A stretch of DNA of 32,792 nt, taken from NCBI GenBank assembly GCA_009925905.1, contig RFPZ01000003.1, positions 1-32,792 of the forward strand, given 5' to 3'. The DNA comes from Candidatus Aquidulcis frankliniae. GTDB lineage: Bacteria; Chloroflexota; Limnocylindria; Limnocylindrales; Limnocylindraceae. This document shows, in pieces, positions 19,116-28,494 of the stretch. Both the position numbers and the translations under genes were made by a program. The notes under the pieces are model-generated. The model saw nothing but the letters and a program-made list of their open reading frames with translations. It did no database searches and was not told the DNA's origin. Numbering within the stretch: position 1 is the first letter of the stretch; each line of letters begins with the position of its first letter.

Positions 19116-20432
19116 ATGGATGAGTTGCTCTTTGCTCGAGCGCAGATGGGCCTCAGCCTGATCTTTCACATCGTATTCAGCGTGCTTGGGATGGCGCTTC
19201 CAGTGCTGATCGTGGGCGTCGAATGGAAATCACTCCGCGACCCGAAGGGTCCATGGCTTGCACTGGCACGCACCTGGTCTAAGGCAATGGCAGTTCTCTT
19301 CGTCATTGGTGCCGTATCTGGCACAGCGCTAAGTATGGAATTCGGCCTTTTATGGCCCACATTCATGCGACAAGCGGGGGGCGTGATTGGTCTCCCATTT
19401 GCACTTGAGGGGTACGCCTTTTTTGTCGAGGCAATATTCCTCGGCATCTATGTGTACGGATGGGACCGCCTCACGCCTCGCGCACATTGGCTAGTAGGAA
19501 TTCCAATCGCGATCAGCGGTATGGTCAGTGGTGCATTCATTACGATTGTTAACGCATGGATGAATGCACCGGTGGGCTTCGAAACTATCGCAGGTCCAAA
19601 CGGTCCAACTATTGATCAATCCAGCGCTGATCCGATTAGCGCGATGCTATCTCCAATGGTAATTACCCAGGTCCCTCACGTGATGCTCTCTGCACTTGTT
19701 GCGGTGGGTGGCGGTGTTGCCGCAGTCTACGCCTGGGCGTGGCTCAAGAATCGCACTTCAGCGTATAACCGCGCTGGGATGCTCGCCGGCACGGTGATGT
19801 TCAGCATCGCGATTCCGTTGCAGTTCATTTCTGGTCATCTCTCAACCGTAAAAATCTACGACGAGCAACCATCAAAGTTTGCCGCAGCGGAAGGCATCCT
19901 TGAAACTGGTCCAAACCAGCCGTTGCATCTCCCGTTCGGCTTGGAGATTCCGGGGTTGACAAGTTTCCTGATCAACTTCGATACGAGTACCGTCGTTACT
20001 GGACTCAACGACATCCCGTCAACTGATCTTCCAGAAAAGCCAGAGCTGGTACATCTCGCTTTTCAGCTGATGGTGGGGAGTGGACTACTCATGACGGCCG
20101 CAGCCGCTCTATTCTGGGCGAGCGTGCTGCGCAGGCGTCGAGCAGGAAAGCGACTTGAGCTACCTACAAATCGACTAATCCTATGGCTACTCGTACTTTC
20201 TGGCCCCGCCGGTTTCCTTGCTGTTGAGACTGGTTGGATGGTGACGGAGTATGGGCGTCAACCGTGGGTGATTCGAGGATTCCTGACAACCGCCGATGCA
20301 GTCACCAAGCAGCCAGGAATCGCCGGCACCTTCATCGCCTTTATGGTGCTTTATGCAGCGCTCGGAATCGTGCTCATTTGGGTGCTGCTACGGCTGCGCA
20401 CTGAACACCCAGATACGCGAATGGGGGCGTAG
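19116..20432 (+). CDS. cydA: Cytochrome bd ubiquinol oxidase subunit I (short Q-loop)
   Basis: FHIVF, GAVSGT, FGLLWP, EGYAFFVEAIF, NAWM, QPSKFAAAEG and GWMVTEYGRQPW; AGGAGG SD. Confidence 0.95.
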   Translation: MDELLFARAQMGLSLIFHIVFSVLGMALPVLIVGVEWKSLRDPKGPWLALARTWSKAMAVLFVIGAVSGTALSMEFGLLWPTFMRQAGGVIGLPFALEGYAFFVEAIFLGIYVYGWDRLTPRAHWLVGIPIAISGMVSGAFITIVNAWMNAPVGFETIAGPNGPTIDQSSADPISAMLSPMVITQVPHVMLSALVAVGGGVAAVYAWAWLKNRTSAYNRAGMLAGTVMFSIAIPLQFISGHLSTVKIYDEQPSKFAAAEGILETGPNQPLHLPFGLEIPGLTSFLINFDTSTVVTGLNDIPSTDLPEKPELVHLAFQLMVGSGLLMTAAAALFWASVLRRRRAGKRLELPTNRLILWLLVLSGPAGFLAVETGWMVTEYGRQPWVIRGFLTTADAVTKQPGIAGTFIAFMVLYAALGIVLIWVLLRLRTEHPDTRMGA

Positions 20433-20434
20433 CC

Positions 20435-21517
20435 GTGAGCGTCCCACTCGTCTACTCATCGATCGGCGACCTCGCCGACCCGAATATCACCTCACTCCTT
20501 GCTGCTGGCCTGATCATTGTTGCGCTGATCGCGTATGCGGTGCTCGGAGGCGCTGACTACGGCGGCGGCGTGTGGGATCTATTTGCGCGCGGGCCACGTG
20601 CGAAGGAGCAGCGCACCCTCATTGCGCAAGCAATGGGCCCGGTCTGGGAGGCCAATCACATCTGGCTGATCTTTGCAGTCGTCGTGCTCTTCACCTGTTT
20701 TCCGGCAGCGTTTGCTGTTGTTGGTGAGGCGCTCCCCGTGCCAATCTCAATCGCTCTTATCGGGATCTCGCTACGTGGCGCAGCTTTTGCCTTTCGTGCC
20801 AGCTACTGGGCTCCATCAGCATTCCGTGATCGGATGGGAACGATCTTTGGTATGGCCAGTTTAATTACTCCCTTTGGAATGGGCGCGGCACTTGCGGCGC
20901 TTGCATCAGGAGACATAACGCTGAACAGTGCAGGCGTAGTTGACTCATCAGTGTGGGCTGGTTGGCTTACTCCATTTGCGCTCGGTGTGGGTGCACTCGC
21001 ACTGAGCCTTGTTGCCTATCTGGCTGCCACATTTCTTTGCCTTGAGGCCGAAGGAAAGCTGCGTGAGGACTTCAGACAACGCGCACTTGGTGCCGCAGTT
21101 GCGGTCGGAATCACCGCAACGATCACCCTGCCGCTTGCGTCCGACGCGGTGCCATCACTCTGGGTATCCCTCACGCAGGGCGTTGCGCGGCCATTCCTTG
21201 TCATCGCGCCAACCTTCGGGGTCGCCTCGCTCGTAGCGCTGTACGTACGCCAGCATCGTCTTGCTGCCGTAGCTGCGGTCGGTCAGACCGCGGCGATCTT
21301 AGTCGGTTGGGGTGCCGCCTCGTATCCCTACCTAATTTTCCCGACGGTTACGCTTTCTGGAGCAGCGGCCGCGCCACAGGTGCAGCTCGCGATTCTGGTA
21401 GGTGCAGGTGCTGGCCTGTTAGTTTTGGTGCCGTCACTCTGGCTTCTCTTTAGTCTCTTTAAGGGGAAGATGCCGGGCATGGTCGTTTCGCCAAAGGGGG
21501 CCCGACCGCGAAGATAG
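20435..21517 (+). CDS. cydB: Cytochrome bd oxidase subunit II
   Basis: YAVLGGADYGGG, GPVWEANHIWLI and LRGAAFAFR; directly follows cydA. Confidence 0.93.
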   Translation: MSVPLVYSSIGDLADPNITSLLAAGLIIVALIAYAVLGGADYGGGVWDLFARGPRAKEQRTLIAQAMGPVWEANHIWLIFAVVVLFTCFPAAFAVVGEALPVPISIALIGISLRGAAFAFRASYWAPSAFRDRMGTIFGMASLITPFGMGAALAALASGDITLNSAGVVDSSVWAGWLTPFALGVGALALSLVAYLAATFLCLEAEGKLREDFRQRALGAAVAVGITATITLPLASDAVPSLWVSLTQGVARPFLVIAPTFGVASLVALYVRQHRLAAVAAVGQTAAILVGWGAASYPYLIFPTVTLSGAAAAPQVQLAILVGAGAGLLVLVPSLWLLFSLFKGKMPGMVVSPKGARPRR

Positions 21518-21539
21518 AGAGCGGGTGTAGCCTCTAGTG

Positions 21540-22799
21540 ATGGCAACTGCACGAACCCGATCTCGTCTCACTCCAACTTGGCGTGGGCCGTTCCGCCACC
21601 GAAACTACCGTCTCTTCTGGTTCGGGCAGCTCGTTTCACTGGCAGGCACCTGGATGCAGTCCATTGCGCAGGCCTGGTACATCACCGAACTCACCCACGA
21701 ACCGGCATGGCTCGGCATTGTTGCCGCTGCGCAGTTCACCCCAGTGATGATCCTCGGCCTCTTCGGCGGCGTCCTTGCCGACGCGCTCCCCAAGCACCGT
21801 GCGCTGATGGGGACCCAGGTCAGCCTCATGGTCCTCGCCATGCTGCAGGCCGCGCTTGTCGCTACGGGCCTAATGACGTTGCCCCTCCTCATTCTCATGG
21901 CCGTGATCCTCGGCGTCGTCAATGCCATCGACATGCCCGTTCGGCAATCGTTTTTTAGCGAGATGGTTCCCGAAGATGAGGTAGGTCGTGCCGTTGCCAT
22001 GAATTCGGCGATGTTCAATGGCGCGCGCGTGATCGGCCCTGCGATTGGTGGCGTGTTGATCGGCGTCATCGGAGTGGCCGGCTGCTTTGCAGTGAATGGC
22101 GCAAGTTTCCTCGCCGTGCTGTTGGCCCTCCTCTTTATGCGTGCTGATGAGCTTCGCCCCGCGCCGCGCACACCTCGCCCACGAACGGTCGCTGACGTGC
22201 TGATCAGCCTCGCCGAGGGAGTTCGGTTTGTGATGCGCACGCCTCTCATCGCCCTCTGTGTGTTTGTGATCGGCGTGGTCTCTGGTGTGGCGATGAATTT
22301 CAACGTGATCGCTCCAATACTCGCGCGAAACGTGTTGGAGATTGGCGCGCCAGGCCTCGGGCTGCTGATGGCCGCTATTGGGTTCGGGTCACTGAGTGGT
22401 GCACTCGCAGTTGCCATGTTGCGCCAACCACGTACCGCCGTGACCATTGGAGGCGCAGCAGCGCTTGGTGTTCTCTCCATCGTGGCCGGCGCTGTCAGTG
22501 GGAGCGGAGCACCGTGGGCTGCACTCGTTACCGGCTTCGCCCTATTTGGCGCTGGTTTCGGTGCGATCGCCATGGCGGCAACCGCGAACGCATCGATTCA
22601 GACATCTACCCCGCCAGCACTCCGCGGTCGGGTGATGAGCGTGTATACGACGGTCTTTGCTGGCTCAACCCCGATTGGCGGACTTGGGACGGGTGCGGTG
22701 GTTTCGTTGATCGGAGCACCAGGCGCGTTGATCGTTGCAGGCGGGTTGGCGCTGATCGCCACGGCGTACGCGGCAACGCGGTGGCGGGCAATCCTCTAG
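21540..22799 (+). CDS. MFS transporter (MFS_3 / efflux-like)
   Basis: FRHRNYRLFWFGQLVSLAGTWMQ, GGVLAD and LRGRVMS; about 12 TM. TAGCCT lies 6 nt before ATG 21540. Confidence 0.92.
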   Translation: MATARTRSRLTPTWRGPFRHRNYRLFWFGQLVSLAGTWMQSIAQAWYITELTHEPAWLGIVAAAQFTPVMILGLFGGVLADALPKHRALMGTQVSLMVLAMLQAALVATGLMTLPLLILMAVILGVVNAIDMPVRQSFFSEMVPEDEVGRAVAMNSAMFNGARVIGPAIGGVLIGVIGVAGCFAVNGASFLAVLLALLFMRADELRPAPRTPRPRTVADVLISLAEGVRFVMRTPLIALCVFVIGVVSGVAMNFNVIAPILARNVLEIGAPGLGLLMAAIGFGSLSGALAVAMLRQPRTAVTIGGAAALGVLSIVAGAVSGSGAPWAALVTGFALFGAGFGAIAMAATANASIQTSTPPALRGRVMSVYTTVFAGSTPIGGLGTGAVVSLIGAPGALIVAGGLALIATAYAATRWRAIL

Positions 22800-23717
22800 C
22801 TAGGGGAGGCGCACGCGGCGCCAGGAACTCTCGTTCCCAGCCGCATCAATCAGGCGCACCTCAACGGTGACGCCGCGCATCAACAAGACAACCTTCCCAC
22901 CCGTAGATTTCATGAACGGGCCGATTTCAATCTCATCACCGGCGGTGAACCGGAGCGGCTTCTCGTAGCCAACGCGAACCTCAACGGCAACGGTGCCGGT
23001 TCCCGTATCGCTACCCGCAACCGTAAGTAGAAATGGAGGCGGGTTTCCACGCGATGCCCGTCCTTCGCGCACGCGCACGCTGCTGATTCGTGGATCGGTG
23101 CGATCTCGCCCAGCGACCACCGCGAACGGCGTTCGCTCTGAGCCACCAACGAATCGCATCCATACCATTGCGCTTGATGTGCCGAGCTGTGGAAGTCGCG
23201 ACCAGCCACGTACCTCGCGGATTGTGTAGGTGCGTGCTGTGCGGAAGGTTTGTCGGTCGGCTACCTCGATAGCACGGGCACCCGGCGGCGCATAATCCTG
23301 CAGGACCTGCAGCGCGAGGTCGGCATCAAACGGTGAACTAGCAGTGGCGGCGGCGAGAAGATCGCCGAGGGTAAGCTCTGGCGGGGTTGGCGCGGTCGGC
23401 TCCTCACTTGGAGAAGCGTCTGCCTCGCCACCATCGCCACCTTCACTATCGCTGGCAGCAGGGTCGGGCTCCTCCCCCGGATCCTGACCAGGGTCGGGCT
23501 CTGGTTCTTCTTCAGCAGGGGCGGAGGCATCAGGGTCGCTGCCCTCATCTGGGTCGGAGCTCTCGTCGGCGATTGGATCCCCATCAATCGGCTCTTCGTC
23601 GGCCGCAGCGACGAAGCCAGCGCCCAGCCCAAACGTCCGCGGCGCGGCGACAGAGCCAACGATCAGGGCGACCAGAGCCGCCGCCACAAGCCAAGGAGTT
23701 CGCTGAGTGCCCTTCAT
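22800..23717 (-). CDS. Hypothetical secreted protein with acidic Pro/Asp/Glu linker and C-terminal Ig-like domain
   Basis: Signal peptide, low-complexity DPDEGSDPDASAPAEEEPEPDP region, and DRTDPRISSV...DAAGNES. Confidence 0.6.
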   Translation of the reverse strand: MKGTQRTPWLVAAALVALIVGSVAAPRTFGLGAGFVAAADEEPIDGDPIADESSDPDEGSDPDASAPAEEEPEPDPGQDPGEEPDPAASDSEGGDGGEADASPSEEPTAPTPPELTLGDLLAAATASSPFDADLALQVLQDYAPPGARAIEVADRQTFRTARTYTIREVRGWSRLPQLGTSSAMVWMRFVGGSERTPFAVVAGRDRTDPRISSVRVREGRASRGNPPPFLLTVAGSDTGTGTVAVEVRVGYEKPLRFTAGDEIEIGPFMKSTGGKVVLLMRGVTVEVRLIDAAGNESSWRRVRLP

Positions 23718-23768
23718 ATTCCTAGTGTGGCAGGTGCGCGTGCCAGCAGCGTGGCACGTGCGAGATAC

Positions 23769-25283
23769 CTATTCAGCGACGAGGAACGCCTCAAACTGCC
23801 ATGGGTCGGACGGCACCGGCTTGGCGGGGTCAGGGAAGAGCTCGAGTCGGTCTTGCAGCGGCGTCCAGTCCACGGGGCCGGACCAGCGTGTGCCGATGTA
23901 GCGACGAATGTCGGCTAGAAGTTCATCGTGTGGCAACTCATCTGGAACTCGAAGCCCTTCGTTCGGATGCCGCAGGAGCCACGCCACAGCCGCAATCACC
24001 GACCCTGCTACCTGTAGCGTGGTCGCCGAGTGCCCGGCTAGGTTGGCGCGCGCCTCGTCAATGCCAAGTAGCGAACCGCTCCACCACGCCTTGAGTGGGT
24101 GACCGAGCAACAGAACCCCCAAGCGATCCTCGCCGCGAATGATCTCGTTGTTCAGCAGGCGGAACCGTTCTGGATGCTTCCAATTGTTTCCGCGCAGCTC
24201 ATGCACAGAGGCAATGGCAGAGTCTGACGGGCAGTAGGCGTAATAGACCGTAGGTCGATACTGCGCGCTTCCATCGGCTCGCCTAACAGTCAGCCAGTCA
24301 CTCATGGTGAACGCCTCGCCGTGGCGAATCAACATTCCGATCGTTGGCAGCCCCTCCTCGGCGGCGCGCGCAGGTTCGGCGCCGGGAACCCAGGTGCGCA
24401 CGAGCGTCTCCATGCCCGCGCGTTGAATCAGGATCTGATTGCGAGGGCCGTCGCCAGTATGTGAAAGCCCACGTTGCGGGAGTTCTTCCTCGTGTGTACC
24501 CCAGCCAAGTTCTGCGGGAGCAACACCCTCTTCGTAGAATCCTTCTCCCGACCAGGTGTTCACAAACTCGCCAACCTCTTTCGGCTGATCAGTGTGCTGC
24601 GTGTCGCGCTCTGCAATCTGAATCACTTTGACGCCAGACGCCTCTGCGATTCGCCCATGATCTCGATCCGCCAGCGCGTCGGTTAGGGCTTCGCGTGCGG
24701 AACCCGATACAAGTCCGCGATTTAGGAGCGCTGCACCAAGCTCTTCAAGTGCGAACTTCACCTCGTGGCTGACCCAGCCGGGGTTGGCGCCGTGCTCAAC
24801 AATGGCGCTTGGACCGCTGTTGTCACCCCAGCTGCGAATCATCTCGCGCATAGCCATGTGGCGGGCATACAGCGTTCGTGAGGTTGGCTCTTGCTCCGAG
24901 ATGTTTGTATACGGCTCCCACACCTCAACGCTCGTGTTTAGGTAGCGCACGCCGGCAGCACGACACCAACCGATGATCGTGTTGGCATCAATGTTCCAAG
25001 CGAGGTCAAGGAGTATGTCGCCGCTGGAGAGTCGCTCGGCCAAGAACGACGAGAGGTTCTCGCGCGTCACGGCAGCCTGCTCATACGTAACCCCTGCTGC
25101 AATGGAATCGGCGATGCGATGGCGTGTGTCCGCCATCTCCACGACGCGAATAGATCGTGGATCAAACCCAAGGTCGCGGATCATGAGCGGAACAACCGCC
25201 TGGCCAATGGAGCCACACCCGAGTACGAGCGTTCGTGCCGGGCGCGGCACTTCTGCCGCGACCATCGGGGCAGCAGCGGTCAC
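23769..25283 (-). CDS. hss: Homospermidine synthase
   Basis: Rossmann GCGSIG, YLNTSVEVW, HGANPGWVS, AERDTQ, FVNTWSGEGFYEEG.PAELGWG, HGEA, YRPTVYYAY and ATTLQV. Confidence 0.9.
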   Translation of the reverse strand: MTAAAPMVAAEVPRPARTLVLGCGSIGQAVVPLMIRDLGFDPRSIRVVEMADTRHRIADSIAAGVTYEQAAVTRENLSSFLAERLSSGDILLDLAWNIDANTIIGWCRAAGVRYLNTSVEVWEPYTNISEQEPTSRTLYARHMAMREMIRSWGDNSGPSAIVEHGANPGWVSHEVKFALEELGAALLNRGLVSGSAREALTDALADRDHGRIAEASGVKVIQIAERDTQHTDQPKEVGEFVNTWSGEGFYEEGVAPAELGWGTHEEELPQRGLSHTGDGPRNQILIQRAGMETLVRTWVPGAEPARAAEEGLPTIGMLIRHGEAFTMSDWLTVRRADGSAQYRPTVYYAYCPSDSAIASVHELRGNNWKHPERFRLLNNEIIRGEDRLGVLLLGHPLKAWWSGSLLGIDEARANLAGHSATTLQVAGSVIAAVAWLLRHPNEGLRVPDELPHDELLADIRRYIGTRWSGPVDWTPLQDRLELFPDPAKPVPSDPWQFEAFLVAE

Positions 25284-26260
25284 TTCAGGGATGCAATGAG
25301 ATCAGCGACGAATCGCGGACCATCAACCTTCATCGGCACTCGGACGAGTGGCGGAGTTGAATCCTTGCCGCCGTTGCGCTCCCGAGTCTCGCGAGCGTCG
25401 GCCGCTGGAGCCATCCAGGCACGTCGGTCGATGATCGTTGCGCCGCGCGTTGGACCGGTGGTATTCACCTCCACGGCGCGATCGAGCCACTCGGTCATAT
25501 AGGTGGGGTCGGCCACGATGCCCGCGGCGAGCGGATCATGCAGCGGGCATTCGCGCGTGCCGAACGTTCGCTGATAGACATCGAGGTAGTGGCTCAACAC
25601 GCTCAGCGCAAACTTCGAGCGCACCGATCCGATCGCCTCAATCTCGGCAAGCTCTTTGGTGCGGAGTCGTGTGACCTGCGTGACGTCCAGGCCGACCATG
25701 GTGACTGGCCATTCGGCGCCAAAGACGAGATTGGCCGCCTCAGGGTCGTGCCAGATGTTGGCCTCGGCAGTGGCAGAGGCGTTCCCTTCGTGCGCGATCG
25801 CACCACCCATCACTACAACCGAGCGCACGCGTCCGGCAAGTTCTGGATCAAGGCAGAGGGCGAGTCCGAGGTTGGTCAATGGACCGACAGCGAGTAGGTC
25901 AATCTCCCCGGGCATCTCGCGGGTAAGGCGCAACATCTGTGAAACCGCATCTTCGGCAACGGGTCCGCGCTTCGGCGCGGGCTGGTTCGTATTGCCGAGA
26001 CCATCTTCACCGTGTACCCACTCTGCAGTGGCGAGTGGCTGGGCCATTGGTCGTCGCGCGCCGATCGCGACCGGAACATCATCGAGGCCGCAGAGCTCCA
26101 GTAGTCGGCGGGCGTTGGTGGCCGCGAGATCTGACGGGATGTTGCCGTGGATGCTGCCAACAGCGATCAGTTCAACATCGCTGCGCCCGGCGAGGTGAAG
26201 CATGGCGATCGCATCATCGATCCCCACGTCGGCGTCGAGCAAGATTTTTCGGCGTTCCAT
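25280..26260 (-). CDS. Nucleoside hydrolase (IUNH family)
   Basis: DADVGIDDA, VHGEDGLG, GPLTN, AEANIWHDPEAA and LHDP. Confidence 0.93.
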   Translation of the reverse strand: MERRKILLDADVGIDDAIAMLHLAGRSDVELIAVGSIHGNIPSDLAATNARRLLELCGLDDVPVAIGARRPMAQPLATAEWVHGEDGLGNTNQPAPKRGPVAEDAVSQMLRLTREMPGEIDLLAVGPLTNLGLALCLDPELAGRVRSVVVMGGAIAHEGNASATAEANIWHDPEAANLVFGAEWPVTMVGLDVTQVTRLRTKELAEIEAIGSVRSKFALSVLSHYLDVYQRTFGTRECPLHDPLAAGIVADPTYMTEWLDRAVEVNTTGPTRGATIIDRRAWMAPAADARETRERNGGKDSTPPLVRVPMKVDGPRFVADLIASLK

Positions 26261-26373
26261 AAGGGGGAGAGTGTACGGGTTTCGCCCCCCGCCTGCGCAC
26301 CTGATGCGTGCCTAAAGTGCGCCAGGCCCCTGCTACGATCGCCCAGAGTTATTCAAGGAAGGCGAGGGGATCC

Positions 26374-27159
26374 ATGCCACACCTGGCGCTCGTGGTGCAC
26401 TCCTACGTAGACGAAGATCCGCGCGTCCGTCGTGCCGCCCGCGCCGCGGTCGCCGCTGGTTGGCACGTCAGCATCATCTCGCTACAGCGCGATGGCGATC
26501 CGGCTCGAGGTGAGCTTGACGGTGCCCAACTCTACCGCCAGCCTGTGCAGCGTCATCAAGGGGCGGGGATCAGCACCTATGTTGTGGAGTATGGGCGCTT
26601 CGCCGTGCGGGCTGCCCGTGAGCTGCTCCGCATTGACCGAGAGCGCCCGATTGATGTTGTCCATGCCAACAGCGTTCCAGACTGGCTCGTCTTCGCGGCA
26701 GTTCCACTGCGCCGGCGCCATCGCATCGGTCTGATCCTTGATCTGCACGAAGCGTCACCAGAGCTCTTCCGCCTCGGCCGCGTGCCATTTGAGGCGGTGC
26801 CAGCGCTGGTTCGCGGCGCCGACATTGCTCTCGCGCCAACGCGGCTTGACGAGTTCACCGATCTCTCAATCTCCAACAAAGTGTTCGAAGGGATGGCGAG
26901 CGGTCGCCTCGTCCTGGGAACACGTCTGAAGACGCTGGACGATCTCGTGCCTGAAGAATCTGTTGCTCGCTACACATCGGGGAGCGCCGAAGAGGCTGCC
27001 GCCGTCATCCGTCGACTAGCGTCAGATCCAGCAGAGCGCGCAAGCCGCATTGATTCTGGCCTTGCGGCGATTCGCGGCGGACTGAGCTGGGAGGCGGCTG
27101 GTGCCGCCTACGTCCAGCGACTTACCGCGCTGCTGCCGCCGCCCGTCGACCCTCGGTAA
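26374..27159 (+). CDS. GT4 family glycosyltransferase with in-frame internal deletion (possible pseudogene)
   Basis: N-terminal DPRVRR...DVVHANSVPD...LDLHE joined directly to C-terminal GRVP...ADIAL...NKVFEGMASG. Only 261 aa. Confidence 0.78.
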   Translation: MPHLALVVHSYVDEDPRVRRAARAAVAAGWHVSIISLQRDGDPARGELDGAQLYRQPVQRHQGAGISTYVVEYGRFAVRAARELLRIDRERPIDVVHANSVPDWLVFAAVPLRRRHRIGLILDLHEASPELFRLGRVPFEAVPALVRGADIALAPTRLDEFTDLSISNKVFEGMASGRLVLGTRLKTLDDLVPEESVARYTSGSAEEAAAVIRRLASDPAERASRIDSGLAAIRGGLSWEAAGAAYVQRLTALLPPPVDPR

Positions 27160-27661
27160 CCCAGGAGCTCTTCGGCACCGGTTGCTTCGGCGGCCGCTCA
27201 CCAAATCGTCGCTTCCACTCACGTCGCCCGGAGAGGTAGCGCGTGACCTCAAGATCAGCCGCCCTGATCGCCGCGCCGCGCAGCCAGGTGCGGTGCAGTT
27301 CAAAACACCGTTTCGCCCACGCATCGCCGTGGGAGTCACCACTGATGAGGTGCGCAAGTTCATGGAGTGCGGTCCCCTTGTCGTAGGAGCAGAGGAACAT
27401 CTCACCGGTCTCGGTGATCACCCAACCGAACGGGTGCGAGGGTTCGCGCCGCGCTCCGGTGTGGTCGTGGATGCGCACCCACTCGAGCCTGCGTTTAGCA
27501 CGCACTGTCGCACGCGCGAGCAACTCGAGCGTTGGGCGCCAGTGCGGCCAGGCGGCAGCGGTAAAGCCACGCATCGGGCGAACTTCAAAGGGAAGGTCAA
27601 GCGCCCATTTCGGCGCCTCGGTCCAACGGCCAGCGATCTTGACGCGATACATACGGCTCAT
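27122..27661 (-). CDS. Small zincin-like (SprT/YgjP-like) putative metallopeptidase
   Basis: TALHELAHL followed by SHGDAW; TAGGGT lies 6 nt before the ATG. The 3' end overlaps the GT4 gene by 38 nt. Confidence 0.7.
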   Translation of the reverse strand: MSRMYRVKIAGRWTEAPKWALDLPFEVRPMRGFTAAAWPHWRPTLELLARATVRAKRRLEWVRIHDHTGARREPSHPFGWVITETGEMFLCSYDKGTALHELAHLISGDSHGDAWAKRCFELHRTWLRGAAIRAADLEVTRYLSGRREWKRRFGERPPKQPVPKSSWVTEGRRAAAAAR

Positions 27662-27708
27662 GGCTTCACCCTATCGCGGTCTAAGTATTGCCGGCGTATC
27701 GCGGTGGG

Positions 27709-28494
27709 CTAGCGGAGGGCGCTTGCACCCACTGAGCGCACACGCTTCAAGAATGCTCGGGTACGGGCATCACGCGGTGCGCCAAAGATCTTCTCTGGCG
27801 AGCCCTGTTCAATAATGCGTCCGCCCTCGAGGTAGCAGATGCGGTCGGCAACATCGGCGGCGAAGGCCATCTCGTGGGTTGCGATCAACATTGTCGCGCC
27901 ACCCTTTGCCAGTGCGCGCAGCGCCTCGAGCACGTCGGCAACTAGGACCGGGTCAAGCGCGCTGGTGATCTCATCAAGCAACAAGACTTTCGGTTCTGTT
28001 GCCAGTGCGCGCGCAATCGCGACGCGCTGCTGCTGCCCGCCCGAGAGGCTGTCGGGATAGGCGTTCGCCTTGGCGGCAAGGCCAAGCTGCTTCAAGAGCG
28101 CACGTGCGCGCTTCTCCGCAGCAGTGGGGGTCAAACCGAGGGCCACACGTGGTGCAAGTGCCACATTCTCGAGCGCAGTGAGGTGCGGGAAGAGGCTGAA
28201 CCCCTGGAAGACGATGCCGAGCTGGCGGCGCGTCTCATCCGCATCGCGGTCATCGGCACTCACAGCGCGACCGTCGAGCGCGATGCTGCCGGCGTCAATC
28301 GGCTCGAGAAGGTCGGCGCAGCGGAGCAGGGTTGACTTGCCTGAACCCGAGGCCCCAATCAGGCAGACCACCTCGTGCTCCGCGAGCGTAAGGTCGATCT
28401 TGTCGAGCACCAGTGCCCGCCCATAACGCTTCGAAACGCCGCGCAGCTCAAGCACTGGCGCGGCTGCAATCCGCTTCGCTTTCACGCGGGCCAT
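27709..28494 (-). CDS. Polar amino-acid ABC transporter ATP-binding protein (GlnQ-like)
   Basis: GASGSGKST, LFPHLT, LSGGQQQRVAIARAL, LLLDEITSALDP and THEM. Confidence 0.95.
   Translation of the reverse strand: MARVKAKRIAAAPVLELRGVSKRYGRALVLDKIDLTLAEHEVVCLIGASGSGKSTLLRCADLLEPIDAGSIALDGRAVSADDRDADETRRQLGIVFQGFSLFPHLTALENVALAPRVALGLTPTAAEKRARALLKQLGLAAKANAYPDSLSGGQQQRVAIARALATEPKVLLLDEITSALDPVLVADVLEALRALAKGGATMLIATHEMAFAADVADRICYLEGGRIIEQGSPEKIFGAPRDARTRAFLKRVRSVGASALR

Noticed and set aside
3806-22573. Long antisense or alternate-frame ORFs (e.g. 3806-4615, 7059-7658, 15082-15930, 21605-22573)
   Set aside because: Shadow ORFs expected at high GC. They overlap well-supported genes and have no recognisable motifs.
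27270-27320. CCAGGTG...GTTCAAAACACCG, superficially like a tRNA-Sec anticodon arm
   Set aside because: No acceptor stem or T-arm could be built, and it lies antisense within a credible HExxH CDS.
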